Source: Candidatus Aenigmatarchaeota archaeon (GTDB lineage Archaea; Aenigmatarchaeota; Aenigmatarchaeia; CG10238-14). From it: DNA of 64,000 bases. Positions 18,051-28,230 of the stretch are shown here, in pieces; the stretch's first letter is position 1, and every line of letters starts with the position of its first letter. Location of the stretch: positions 32,987 to 96,986 of the forward strand of contig JAGVVZ010000003.1 in the NCBI GenBank assembly GCA_018304545.1. The letters run 5' to 3'. Both the position numbers and the translations under genes were made by a program. A model generated the notes under the pieces. It made no database searches. It had not been told where the DNA came from and saw nothing but the letters and a program-made list of their open reading frames with translations.

Positions 18051-18704
18051 CTAACAAGTTATAGCAGTCCCACCGCTTGTAGAATCTGTATAGCAGTTGA
18101 CTCTATTGCCGTCTGCCTTATAATAAGTTGTAGCTCCTGATGCTACATTATTTTTCAAGCAGCAATAGTCTTTGGCATAATTTCTTTTAACATCATTCAA
18201 ATCATTTCTGGCTGAATTATATTTATTCTCAAACTCTATTTTCTCTGATGACAAATTGTCAACGCTTGCATCGCATCTATTCAGATCTTCTTCAGTGTCT
18301 TCAAACTGTTTTCTTAAAAGTTCGTAATCAGCATCACATTTGTTTAGATCTGTTGAACAAGAAGATAGAGAATCTGCCGCTTCAGCCTTTTGTTGTTGAC
18401 AACTATCTAATTGGTCTAGTTTGCCTGCATAGTTTTCATTGCATGAACTCAACTGGAATGAGGTATTGCCCAAGTTCTTGTTGCACACTGTTAAGTTGCT
18501 CTGAAGGTTTGTATTGTTAAACTCTAAAACTTCAACATGTTTTCCCGTTTTATAATTCCAATATGATAAGCCGATAATAGCAACGATAAGCAGGAAGACA
18601 GCAACTAATTTCAAATTGAATTTTGGCATATCAAATGCCGGTAAAGAAAATTTCCTATTCCCATACTTTCCCCAGTAATTGGGTAATTGTAACTTCATCA
18701 TCAT
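18051..18704 (-). CDS. membrane-anchored Cys-rich coiled-coil protein
   Basis: N-terminal TM (LVAVFLLIVAIIGLSYW) followed by a coiled coil with regularly spaced Cys (SSCNEN..DSCQQQ..SSCSTDLNKCDADYELL). Immediately downstream of a wHTH regulator gene. Confidence 0.45.
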   Translation of the reverse strand: MMMKLQLPNYWGKYGNRKFSLPAFDMPKFNLKLVAVFLLIVAIIGLSYWNYKTGKHVEVLEFNNTNLQSNLTVCNKNLGNTSFQLSSCNENYAGKLDQLDSCQQQKAEAADSLSSCSTDLNKCDADYELLRKQFEDTEEDLNRCDASVDNLSSEKIEFENKYNSARNDLNDVKRNYAKDYCCLKNNVASGATTYYKADGNRVNCYTDSTSGGTAITC

Positions 18705-18725
18705 TAATCACCAGACATTAGATGA

Positions 18726-19061
18726 CTACTTTTCATCTTCTTTGAAAGATAACTTCAACTCTGGTATTTTTGGTGCTGTATTTATTATTTCAACTGTACT
18801 TTCAACTGCCTTCAATCCTTTCAATGTTAGAACATAAGAGTTTCCTTTCTTTGAAATAAAGCCGTGTTCTAATAGACAGTTCAAGTGTTTGTATACTTCG
18901 CTGGAGCCTATTGGTATTCCCATCCTGTCGAACCATTTCGTAATGATAGTATATCCCATCGGTTCGTTCTGCAGGATGAATAACAACATAAGTCTTTTAC
19001 CAGAAGCAAATGTGGCACTGATATCAAAAATGTCTTGAATCGTTTTTTCGTTCATAATCAT
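18726..19061 (-). CDS. winged-helix transcriptional regulator
   Basis: 111 aa with a helix-turn-helix plus wing (LMLLFILQNEPMGYTIITKWF...GFISKKGNSYVLTLKG). Confidence 0.5.
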   Translation of the reverse strand: MIMNEKTIQDIFDISATFASGKRLMLLFILQNEPMGYTIITKWFDRMGIPIGSSEVYKHLNCLLEHGFISKKGNSYVLTLKGLKAVESTVEIINTAPKIPELKLSFKEDEK

Positions 19062-19422
19062 ACCTTCATTAGTAATTACTTCTTAGTAAGTAATCTTTAT
19101 ATGCTTTAAATAGAAAGGGATTTAAACTTTACCGAGAGATTTTTTATTTCTTGTGCGAAAAAAATTTTCATGGAAATTATTTTTTTACATGATAGAAATT
19201 TAAATATTAATTTTAATGTGACAAAGAAATGTTGCTGCTACTGACTATGCTTTCATTCCAATTATGAAATTTCTAATAAGAGTCTGGATATTAAAAATTT
19301 AAGATTTTGGTGGGTTCCTAACGGTGTTATACCATTGATTTATTCTATAAAATCTCAGAAGAATTGAATTTAGTGCGGCAATATAAAAGTTTATAAAAAT
19401 CATTTTATGTAATAAAATTAGG

Positions 19423-21471
19423 ATGAAAAGAGACTTGATGACTATTTCTTGCATACTTTTTATTAGCTTGATTTCTGTCGGCGTTGTATTTGCACAAAAC
19501 TATAACCAATCTATTGCTGATTTGGACAGTGCATGCGGTGATTTTGATTGTGAAGAATTGGAAATAACTTCTTCCGGCATAACTCCGGACAACATTTTTT
19601 ATTTTTTAGATGAATTATTTGACGGTTTTGGCAATTCTATTAATGTAAAAGAAGAAAAAATTGCTGAAATCAAGACCATGATTGAGAAGGAGGATTATGA
19701 GTCGGCAAGAAAAGCACTTAAATTATATTCAAAATATGCGGAGTCTGTCGAGAATGAAGCCGACCCGGAGGAAAAAGAAGCGACACAGAGAAGCGCAGAA
19801 ACGATAAAAAAGGCATTGAGAGAATTGAAAAATGAAATTTCTGAAGAAAATAAAGAAGATTTTTATTATGATATTGTAGACAAAGAAAACAATATCCTGA
19901 CTGCTGTTGAGATTTCTGACAAGATTAAGGAACTTTGCAAACAATTGGCCGAGTTGGATCCCGTCCAGTATGGAAAGCTGTGTGTTGCCGAAGACGACTC
20001 TCCAAGATGGCAGAAAAGATTGGACAGGGAATTGACAGAAGAAGATAAAAAGGAAGTTTTGGAATTTGGAGAAATCATGTCCGAATGTTTTGAAACATCA
20101 GGGCAGACATGTAGGTGCGATGACATTCCATTCCCAGATTTTGCCAACGTCTGTAAAAAAGCGGCTCCTTTAGCTGTCGAATGCAGAGTCTATCAAGACC
20201 AGACAGCATGCAATAAACTGGATGAGTTAGAACTCCCTGAACTTCCCGAACATTTGCAGGATGTTATGGATGAGTTGGAAGGAGTAACAGAATCTAAGTT
20301 TGATATTCATATGCCAAAGGAGTGTATTGCAGCAAGAGCAACGACAGGAAAAGAATGCAATAAGATAATGATAAGAGAGAATGCCCCGGAGGAATGCAAG
20401 AAAGCCTTGCTGGAGTCTGGCTGTGGTAGTGAAAGAGAATGCCAGGAGATTTGCGATGGGATTATGATGGAAATCCATTCTCCTGAGTGTGTTGAGCAAG
20501 GAATAAAAGATCCCAATGATTGCCAGGATTATTTATTTAATATTAATCGCAGGCCAGAAGAATGTATAAAAAATAAGATTCATGATGCAAGAGATTGCAA
20601 GGATTTTCTTGAAAGTACGGGAAAATATATTGGAAAGGGATTAAAGGAAAGTTTAAAATCTGAAATAAAAATTGATTTTGATTGCAAATCAATAGTGGAT
20701 CCGACAAAAAGATTGGAATGTTATGATAATGCGGCAAACCAGGCTGAAGCATACAAGGGATTTGATGACCCAGGTTACAACGGACCTTGCATGACTGAAG
20801 AAGATTGGAAAAGGAAAAAAGAGGAATGCCATGCATTATACGGTCCGCAAGCAGGCGATGAGCCGATAAGAGGAGACTCTGGACAAGGATACGAGTGCGT
20901 TATTGATGCTAAGTGTATTGATTTTTCATATAAGGACGATTATGACGCCCCTGAAGAATGCATACAAGTGGGTGCTCTTTCAAAAGAAGCTTGCAAACAG
21001 TATATGGACGACATTTCAAAATCAGGAGTAAAGTGCGATGATTGTGTTAGCAAATGTCCCGATGAATCTGGAAAGAGATTGAGAGGAACGGGTTGCAGCG
21101 AAAATGGTTGCGAATGTTATTATGAAGACATTCCGCATGAAGAAAGTATTGATTCAACCTCAGGGGAAATAAGTTCAGGGGGAAGTACTGAAAGTACAAG
21201 TAATGAAGAAGTAAGCACTGGTGAAAGTGGGACTGGTGAGGCAGGTAGCGGAGAAGTGGACAATAGTATGGTCAGTGAAAGTGAATCAACTGAAAGTTCA
21301 AGTAGTGAGGTAGGGAGCAGTAGTTCAGAATCCAGTAGTGGTGTAACCAGTGAAGAGCCTGCAGTAAGCAGTGATTCTAGCGGGAGTAGCGGTGGAGAGA
21401 CTAGTGGAGGATTGGCAATAACAGGAGAAGTAATTAGAAGTAGGTTTCTAGATTATTGGTTTAGTAGATAA
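19423..21471 (+). CDS. secreted Cys-rich protein with coiled-coil N-region and Ser/Gly/Glu-rich low-complexity C-region
   Basis: Signal peptide MTISCILFISLISVGVVFA. More than 40 Cys residues. C-terminal SGESGTGEAGSGEV... low-complexity stretch. Confidence 0.55.
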   Translation: MKRDLMTISCILFISLISVGVVFAQNYNQSIADLDSACGDFDCEELEITSSGITPDNIFYFLDELFDGFGNSINVKEEKIAEIKTMIEKEDYESARKALKLYSKYAESVENEADPEEKEATQRSAETIKKALRELKNEISEENKEDFYYDIVDKENNILTAVEISDKIKELCKQLAELDPVQYGKLCVAEDDSPRWQKRLDRELTEEDKKEVLEFGEIMSECFETSGQTCRCDDIPFPDFANVCKKAAPLAVECRVYQDQTACNKLDELELPELPEHLQDVMDELEGVTESKFDIHMPKECIAARATTGKECNKIMIRENAPEECKKALLESGCGSERECQEICDGIMMEIHSPECVEQGIKDPNDCQDYLFNINRRPEECIKNKIHDARDCKDFLESTGKYIGKGLKESLKSEIKIDFDCKSIVDPTKRLECYDNAANQAEAYKGFDDPGYNGPCMTEEDWKRKKEECHALYGPQAGDEPIRGDSGQGYECVIDAKCIDFSYKDDYDAPEECIQVGALSKEACKQYMDDISKSGVKCDDCVSKCPDESGKRLRGTGCSENGCECYYEDIPHEESIDSTSGEISSGGSTESTSNEEVSTGESGTGEAGSGEVDNSMVSESESTESSSSEVGSSSSESSSGVTSEEPAVSSDSSGSSGGETSGGLAITGEVIRSRFLDYWFSR

Positions 21472-21579
21472 GCAGTACGAATAGAATTATTTTTCATCAA
21501 GTTGAAGATTAGCATTTCTTACACAAAGCTTCCCTCATCAGAAAGGTCATATATAGTACTTTGGTTAAAAATTTAAGAT

Positions 21580-21966
21580 TTGAAATTCATCTGTCTGCCC
21601 ATGGATAACGGTGTTTATCTTTTAGGAGCAGCATTAAATGCCCTCATCCCAGCAGGAACTGCTTATGGACTCACAGTAAATAAGCCTGGTTGCTTAGCAA
21701 AAATATATTCTGTGTTTCCTGTAGGGATTTATAGCGTTACCATTGCGAAAACGTTATATAATAATTGGCAAGAATTCATGCAAGCGGATCCTTATGTTTT
21801 GATATTTACCTTAGCAAACATGGGAATAAACTTTGTGGGAGGAGCTCTACTTTTTTCTAGAGAAGAGAATCCTGCTGAAATAGACAGAATTTTTGCTTTC
21901 ATAAACGGCGTGTGGATAGTAGTTTCTACTGGAGTAATACTGGCCGAATATCTTGGATATCTGTAA
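21580..21966 (+). CDS. small membrane protein
   Basis: 128 aa with 3-4 hydrophobic segments. Upstream of ftsZ. Confidence 0.35.
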   Translation: MKFICLPMDNGVYLLGAALNALIPAGTAYGLTVNKPGCLAKIYSVFPVGIYSVTIAKTLYNNWQEFMQADPYVLIFTLANMGINFVGGALLFSREENPAEIDRIFAFINGVWIVVSTGVILAEYLGYL

Positions 21967-22129
21967 TTTATTTACCTACAGGAAAATATCTTATTAAAAA
22001 ACAGAAAATCATTTCTCTTCTCAGATTATATTATTTATACCATGATGAAAAGTTTTGTATCATTTGGTAGTGATAACTATTTAAGATTAACCTTGCAAAA
22101 TACACTTAACTAAAACATAGGAGATATCA

Positions 22130-23221
22130 ATGGCTATAAGACCACTTTTAAAAAATAATGGCGGAAGATTAAGAAAAGTTGATGAAGAACTCAAAGAATT
22201 TCTAGAATCAAAGAAAAGCAAGATAAAAGTCATTGGTTGCGGTGGAGCTGGCAATAATACGATAACTAGGATGAATTATGAAGGCATAGAGGGCGCAGAA
22301 ACGATTGCAGTGAATACCGATGCACAAGATCTCTTGTACTCTCAAGCAGATAAAAAGGTTTTGATCGGTAGAGATCTAACAAAAGGTTTGGGTGCAGGCG
22401 GCGATCCAAATATTGGAATGGAATCTGCCAAAGAGACGAGAGAAGAGTTGAAAACAACTATACAAAATGCTGATATGGTCTTTGTTACATGCGGATTAGG
22501 TGGCGGAACCGGAACAGGCTCTGCACCTGTCGTAGCAGGTATTGCAAAGCAATTAGGCATATTGACAGTTGGTGTCGTTACTTTGCCGTTCAGCATGGAA
22601 GGTAAACAAAGAATGGAAAATGCATTGACAGGACTGGCAAGAATGAGACAATCTGTAGATACGCTATTGATCATACCAAACGACAAGCTTTTGGAAGTTG
22701 TTCCAGATATTTCAATCAACACGGCATTCAAGATGGTTGACGACATATTGGTCAATTCAGTCAGGGGTATTGTAGAGTTGATCACTAAAGCAGGTTTGGT
22801 CAATCTGGATTTTGCTGATGTTAAAGCAGTAATGGGTAACGGCGGAATGGCTATGATCGGTGTTGGTGAAAGCAACGTCAATGGAAGAGCATTAGAATCT
22901 GTTATGAAAGCATTAAACGATCCTTTCTTAGCAGTGGATATCGAAGGCGCTAGAGGAGCTCTGATTAATGTCAGCGGTGGAGCAGACATGTCCTTAAACG
23001 AGGCTAAAGAGATTGTTGAAGTCGTCTCAAGCAAACTCTCTGACAACGCACAGATAATCTGGGGTGCCAGAGTGGAAGAAAACTTGAAGGATACGATAAA
23101 AACAATGGTTGTCGTAACAGGAGTGAAGGAAAAGGAGTTTTACAAAGGAGTTTTCACTAACGGAACCACAGATAAAAAGACTCTAGAAAAAGTTCTTGGC
23201 ATTGATTTTATTAAAAACTAA
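22130..23221 (+). CDS. ftsZ: cell division GTPase FtsZ
   Basis: Tubulin signature GGGTGTGSAPVVA. N-terminal GCGGAGNN. T7 loop region NVDFADV. AGGAG Shine-Dalgarno motif 8 nt upstream of the ATG. Confidence 0.92.
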   Translation: MAIRPLLKNNGGRLRKVDEELKEFLESKKSKIKVIGCGGAGNNTITRMNYEGIEGAETIAVNTDAQDLLYSQADKKVLIGRDLTKGLGAGGDPNIGMESAKETREELKTTIQNADMVFVTCGLGGGTGTGSAPVVAGIAKQLGILTVGVVTLPFSMEGKQRMENALTGLARMRQSVDTLLIIPNDKLLEVVPDISINTAFKMVDDILVNSVRGIVELITKAGLVNLDFADVKAVMGNGGMAMIGVGESNVNGRALESVMKALNDPFLAVDIEGARGALINVSGGADMSLNEAKEIVEVVSSKLSDNAQIIWGARVEENLKDTIKTMVVVTGVKEKEFYKGVFTNGTTDKKTLEKVLGIDFIKN

Positions 23222-23282
23222 TTTTCTTTTTATTAATTTTTGTGAAATACTTGTATAACTTATAAAATAGATTTGTGATTGC

Positions 23283-23630
23283 ATGGGAAATTTTGTTGAG
23301 GATTTAAAAGAAGTGCTCGATGAGATGGGATATGAGTTATTGTTAGAGTATACACATGAAGGAAAACCTCATTATTTAACCTCAATTCCGGATAGTGTTG
23401 ATTATGGCACAGTATATGAAGTGTTAGTGCCCACTCTTACTGATCTGGGATACAATGTTTCAAGTTATCCGACACAACTATACACTGTAGCAGGAATTCT
23501 AACTCTGCCTTTCATAAAAGAAGAGGTAATAGATAAATATCCTGGATATGGGTTTAGTCTTGCATCCAAACTCTTTACAGTTAAATATAAAGGTGAAACA
23601 GAAAACAAAGAACAACAAGATCCAGCTTAA
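23283..23630 (+). CDS. hypothetical protein downstream of ftsZ
   Basis: 115-aa ORF with no known motif. Confidence 0.35.
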   Translation: MGNFVEDLKEVLDEMGYELLLEYTHEGKPHYLTSIPDSVDYGTVYEVLVPTLTDLGYNVSSYPTQLYTVAGILTLPFIKEEVIDKYPGYGFSLASKLFTVKYKGETENKEQQDPA

Positions 23631-23659
23631 GTATTCCTAGTTACGATAACTCATAAAAA

Positions 23660-24238
23660 TTATTTGCGGTATTTTATTTTCGCTATAATTATCAACACGA
23701 TCATGAGACCTATAATGATCTGGAAAACAACGTTCTTCATAAATATTTTGCCTATGTTGAATGAATGTATCACGATCAGAACTAAGACAACATAAATCAG
23801 ATAGTGCAGTCTCTTCCAGTTTTTTCCTAAAATTCTGACTGATTTATCATTGGAGGTCGCAGACATCACGGCTAAAATAAGAAAAGATATTGTTCCAAGA
23901 CCAAAAAACAGCCTGTTCGGATTCTGGATGATTTTATTTATATCCCAATTGAACAAGAAATTGAAAACAAGAAATACATGGATTAAAGCAAAAACAAACG
24001 TATAAATTCCGATCCATCTTCTGCTGACAAGCAAACTCACTGTGAAATTATTTTTCTTGAGTTTCACTAATACGGGTATGGATAATACAAACATGATTGA
24101 CAGAAGAGCCAAAAATCCAAAACTGCTGACGTAAATCAATATCAGTTGTTTGGATGAACTCGATACAAATCTTCCTATGAGCAGAATTAATAATATAATA
24201 GATATTCCGGCTAGGTGAATCTTCAGAATGTTTTTCAT
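23660..24238 (-). CDS. ferric-reductase-like transmembrane protein (MsrQ/YedZ-like heme-binding membrane subunit)
   Basis: 192 aa with 5-6 TM helices. Conserved His residues in TM segments (RRWIGIYTFVFALIHVF, WKRLHYLIYVVLVLIVIHSF). Confidence 0.45.
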   Translation of the reverse strand: MKNILKIHLAGISIILLILLIGRFVSSSSKQLILIYVSSFGFLALLSIMFVLSIPVLVKLKKNNFTVSLLVSRRWIGIYTFVFALIHVFLVFNFLFNWDINKIIQNPNRLFFGLGTISFLILAVMSATSNDKSVRILGKNWKRLHYLIYVVLVLIVIHSFNIGKIFMKNVVFQIIIGLMIVLIIIAKIKYRK

Positions 24239-24520
24239 TTAATTATTTTTAGAATTTCGTTTTAATATGTTCTTGTATTTACACACTTTTTATGTTACAT
24301 CGGATATAATAACCGTCATTAACTGTTTACTTTGAATACTTCTTTACTCTTTGATAATATTCTACGCCCGTTTCTTCTCTTATTTGAAAATTAATACTAG
24401 ATCCTCCTAGTGTTTCATAAAATATTATAAACCCGTGAGACAAACCAATTCTAGCAATTTCTTCTGGAGTTAGCAATTAATGCTCTTCCGATAAGTTCTT
24501 TCTTACAATTAAAAAGAAAA

Positions 24521-24778
24521 TTAACCGATAACTCTTCTTCTATAAATTGATTGGTCTAGAGTGAATTCAACACAGGTACCAACGCCTATTTTTGTTTCAT
24601 AAAACAACGCACTTTGATAACTAAAGCCAACTTCATCGGCTTCATTTTTTGTTAATCCTTTGGTTGCCCAAGCAGAGCCAGGTCTTTCAGCTGTATATTG
24701 TCCCAATAATTTTCCCAGTTTTTCACCTCTCAAAGTTGCATATTCCTGATCATTTGCTATTCTACCAAAATCAATCAT
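24521..24778 (-). CDS. small ORF, possibly a gene fragment
   Basis: 85 aa. Sits in a gene-poor AT-rich 0.7-kb gap. Confidence 0.2.
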   Translation of the reverse strand: MIDFGRIANDQEYATLRGEKLGKLLGQYTAERPGSAWATKGLTKNEADEVGFSYQSALFYETKIGVGTCVEFTLDQSIYRRRVIG

Positions 24779-24966
24779 ATTTATTTCACCTATTACTACT
24801 ATATAGAAACAAAAACTATTTAAGCTTGTTGATAGTGGATAATGAAATGTTAAGTTCCGAAAGTAACAAATTTATTGAATCGAACTAAAAGTTCCTATTA
24901 TGTAACAGAATCCGTTTTAGAAAGATTTAAGAAGCTTTCTTTCTATTAAAATAGAAAAGTGATAAT

Positions 24967-25284
24967 ATGCCTGACGTGTTAATAGATCCCCAAATGAGAG
25001 CTTATATAGCATTAACGGCTCCTGGAATTTTGGGTGTGGGTGGTCATACAATAACAGAACCGCAAAGCTACAGCGTTGTCGAAAAGGGGTTAGGAAGTGT
25101 TAGTGTATATATATGCAAAGTAGTATCGAGCTCTGGAAAAATTGCCTATGCTGTCGAAGGTTCTATTCCAGGGTATCCGGTAATCAGGGGTTTGTATGTT
25201 GTAGATGATCCAACAGAAGCAGTAACAAAAAATATAGCTGAAATAATGAACGCTAGACCTATACAAGACGATAAAATTTTATAG
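24967..25284 (+). CDS. hypothetical protein
   Basis: 105-aa ORF. Confidence 0.3.
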   Translation: MPDVLIDPQMRAYIALTAPGILGVGGHTITEPQSYSVVEKGLGSVSVYICKVVSSSGKIAYAVEGSIPGYPVIRGLYVVDDPTEAVTKNIAEIMNARPIQDDKIL

Positions 25285-25286
25285 AT

Positions 25287-27545
25287 TCAATATTTCCATC
25301 CTCTGCCCCAAACATATCCTTTCTTTCCTAGTATTGGGTGAGGATAAAATTTCCAAACTAATAAAATCAAAGCAGCCATTGCAACTGCTAAACCTAAGAC
25401 AATAGGACTGGTTATGACTTGAACAAACCTGCCTGTGGGCTGAGACCTTTCTTCAACTGTAGTAATTGTTTCTGTAGGCTCAATAGGTGGCTCAACTGTC
25501 TTCGCGACTGTAGGTGTAGTGGTTGGCATAGCTTCACCTGTTACTTGCAATTTAAATTCATGAGGTATTGTGACAGTGCCATAGTTGGATACTGCAGCTC
25601 CTTTCAATATCAGTGAGTAAGTATAAATTTTGCTACCTGTTGGCATGTTGAATGTCAATTCAAAATTCTTCGTCTCGCCTTTTTTGACTTCATCGAACTT
25701 GTCCGGCTGTAATGTATACCATCTCGTATCCAATCCTTCTCCTCTTAAAAATAATTTCAAATCCCTCAGATCGTAGTTGTAGTTATTGACAAATGATCCG
25801 GATAATTTTAAAGAATTGCCTGTAGTAATCTCAACTTTCGGAGATATCCCGTTTATTGTTGCATTACCTGACGGCACGAATCTCGAACCTCCGCTCCCGC
25901 CTCCACCGCCACCGGATGAAGAAACTGGAAACGGCACGAATACATCTGTTGTCGCATTGTTATTCTGTTCGTTGCTCTCAATAATTTTATTTGTCGAATC
26001 TGCTGCTGCTTTTAATCTGTGATTGCCGCTAGCAAGATTTGTTACATTGAATGTGATGGATGTCGTCTTATTAGGAGGCAGTGTAATCGTTTTATTCAAG
26101 CCCAATATATCATTGTGATAAAATGACACGACAAAATTACTTGCGTTGTATTGACCGCTGTTGACAATTGATACATTGTACGCAACATCTCCACCTATTC
26201 CAGGAGATTCTGGCAATACAGCAACGGATTCTATCAATAGATCAGATAAATCATAAAATATTCCATCAAAAACTTTCTCGTATCCGCTACTGTTATCTAC
26301 ATTAATCAATGATTCAAAATCACCATCATTATCAGTATCTCCTTGAGCTACATCTGTTATCAGTTCATTATCAGGATCCCAATATTTGTCATAAACATCA
26401 TTTCTTTTTATATCTATCAAGAAATCTGTCATTCCATCTTTATCCCCGTCCATCACTAATGCTCTCGTATTGCTGTTAGGATCTTCATACAATTCATAAC
26501 CGTCTGTCACTATTCCATTTTTGTTTGTCGCTGTTTCATTATTGCCATCACTATCTACATCCAATTCAACAGATTCGCCAGGAAGTATATCGCATTTGTC
26601 TCCTCTCCCATTCTTATTTCTGTCTGACTGGTCAACGTTAGAAACAAAAGGACAATTATCAGCATCGTTCTTTATCCCGTCCTTATCACTGTCATCTATG
26701 CATCCATCATTATTTGCGTCATAATTTCTGGAATTTTCATTAGGACATGCATCGCATAAATCACCTAAAAAATCATTATCTGAATTCAGTTGATCTGCAT
26801 TAGATGCGTTAGCACAGTTATCATTATAATCCAAAACACCATCCGCATCCAAATCACTTGAAACCCATTTGACTGATTCTTTGAACATTATCTCTGCCTG
26901 CTCTGTCCAATATATGGAATAACTCACACCGAAGAAGACGATTCTGGCCTTAGGTGTCACGCCATATAATTCCTGGCCTGCTTCTGCTATTGCTATTATA
27001 GCATAATTTCCGTTATCATCAGAACTTGCTATTACGTTCATCTGCGTATTTACTGATCTTATGTTTATGACCGGACCATCGCCAGCTACGTGGACGAACG
27101 GCCTGTCTCCCAAAGAATAATCTTTCAATATTGACACTGAGTTGTTTTGAATTACTATCTTCTGTCTTCCGAATGATGATGTAGTGCCTGCTGATAATGC
27201 TCTAGTCCATCCCCACTCATCCAAAAACTTGCCGTCGATAACAACTGACGGGAAACTGTTCACAGGTATATTGACAATGGAATCGTCCAGTTCCTTTGAT
27301 GCGCCGACATTAGTTGGTCTTCCGGCAACAACAATAACGTCATAATCTGGATATGCAATTGGTACGTCTCTATCTATTATGGTGACATCATAACCCATAC
27401 CGTTCAATAATGACAAAACTTTCTTTTCATATAATTCAGATAAATCTGTCGCGTTCTTTACAACCAGAATTGCTGATTTTGCTTCAACTGCTGCCAATAC
27501 TAATAAGAAACTTATGAAGACGCTTATGAATGTTTTCCCATTCAA
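25287..27545 (-). CDS. cell-surface protein with thrombospondin type-3 Ca-binding repeats, CARDB-like domain and PTGRF+TM C-terminal anchor
   Basis: Signal peptide. TSP3-type repeats (DADGVLDYNDNCANASNADQ...DNCPFVSNVDQSDRNKNGRGDKCD). Gly linker SSSGGGGGGSGGS. C-terminus PTGRF-VQVITSPIVLGLAVAMAALILLVW-KFYPH. Confidence 0.65.
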   Translation of the reverse strand: MNGKTFISVFISFLLVLAAVEAKSAILVVKNATDLSELYEKKVLSLLNGMGYDVTIIDRDVPIAYPDYDVIVVAGRPTNVGASKELDDSIVNIPVNSFPSVVIDGKFLDEWGWTRALSAGTTSSFGRQKIVIQNNSVSILKDYSLGDRPFVHVAGDGPVINIRSVNTQMNVIASSDDNGNYAIIAIAEAGQELYGVTPKARIVFFGVSYSIYWTEQAEIMFKESVKWVSSDLDADGVLDYNDNCANASNADQLNSDNDFLGDLCDACPNENSRNYDANNDGCIDDSDKDGIKNDADNCPFVSNVDQSDRNKNGRGDKCDILPGESVELDVDSDGNNETATNKNGIVTDGYELYEDPNSNTRALVMDGDKDGMTDFLIDIKRNDVYDKYWDPDNELITDVAQGDTDNDGDFESLINVDNSSGYEKVFDGIFYDLSDLLIESVAVLPESPGIGGDVAYNVSIVNSGQYNASNFVVSFYHNDILGLNKTITLPPNKTTSITFNVTNLASGNHRLKAAADSTNKIIESNEQNNNATTDVFVPFPVSSSGGGGGGSGGSRFVPSGNATINGISPKVEITTGNSLKLSGSFVNNYNYDLRDLKLFLRGEGLDTRWYTLQPDKFDEVKKGETKNFELTFNMPTGSKIYTYSLILKGAAVSNYGTVTIPHEFKLQVTGEAMPTTTPTVAKTVEPPIEPTETITTVEERSQPTGRFVQVITSPIVLGLAVAMAALILLVWKFYPHPILGKKGYVWGRGWKY

Positions 27546-28102
27546 TTTGATTCACTTTTCTTTGGTTTTTTAAATAAATGTTTTTTTGGTTTTTTAGACA
27601 AGAAGATCAGTGCGGCCAGTAATGCCAATAATACCAATACCAAGCCTATCATTTGATAGTTAGACAAAGGCCATTTTTTTTCTACATACTCTTCTCCTGC
27701 TGCAACCACAATGATTTGCGCTTCTAAAACAACTGGAACGTGATTTTCTGCTGAGTATGTCGCAAGAATTACTCCCTGATATCTTCCCGGCTTCAGAACT
27801 TTTCCGGTGAAATTGGCAAACGTACTCTGGTTTGGCTCGATAAGCAATTGAGGCGTACCTATATTGATAACGTTCTTCAAATTCTCATCCGGTGCTAACG
27901 TAACGTTCAATGTGATGTTATTCTTGTTTTTAATTTCAAAGAATCCTTTAGTCATGCCGGGAGAGTCCTTTGTGACGTTGGCGTATAAGATCATTTTAGG
28001 GGGCCTTAAATGGTAGTATAAGGCTGATGCTTCTCCAACTAAAATTATCGTTAATGCCAAAAATACGAATAAAGCTAATTGTTTTTTCATAGAGTTTCGC
28101 AC
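27542..28102 (-). CDS. small secreted protein with C-terminal TM anchor and basic tail
   Basis: Signal peptide LALFVFLALTIILVGEASA. C-terminus GLVLVLLALLAALIFLSKKPKK. Its stop overlaps the start of the 752-aa protein gene (ATGA). Confidence 0.45.
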   Translation of the reverse strand: MRNSMKKQLALFVFLALTIILVGEASALYYHLRPPKMILYANVTKDSPGMTKGFFEIKNKNNITLNVTLAPDENLKNVINIGTPQLLIEPNQSTFANFTGKVLKPGRYQGVILATYSAENHVPVVLEAQIIVVAAGEEYVEKKWPLSNYQMIGLVLVLLALLAALIFLSKKPKKHLFKKPKKSESN

Positions 28103-28190
28103 CTTAACTTATAGACTACTATTAAGAAGTAAAAGATTTAAATCTAAGGCATAGAAATTCTTATTTTCGCTAAAAGAGAGAGAAAATTCC

Positions 28191-28226
28191 TTTCTAGATA
28201 AAATAAAGATTTTTCCTATTTGATAG
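28191..28226 (-). promoter_or_regulatory. conserved upstream element of surface-protein genes (CTAT-N2-3-ATAG inverted repeat)
   Basis: tttttcctatttgatag lies 108-125 nt upstream of the 28102 start. Related copies occur upstream of the 32537 and 40999 starts. Confidence 0.25.
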
Positions 28227-28230
28227 AGTA

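Noticed and set aside
22342-23046. 234-aa ORF on the minus strand inside ftsZ
   Set aside because: It is a shadow ORF antisense to a confidently identified gene, with low-complexity Ser/Leu/Pro composition.
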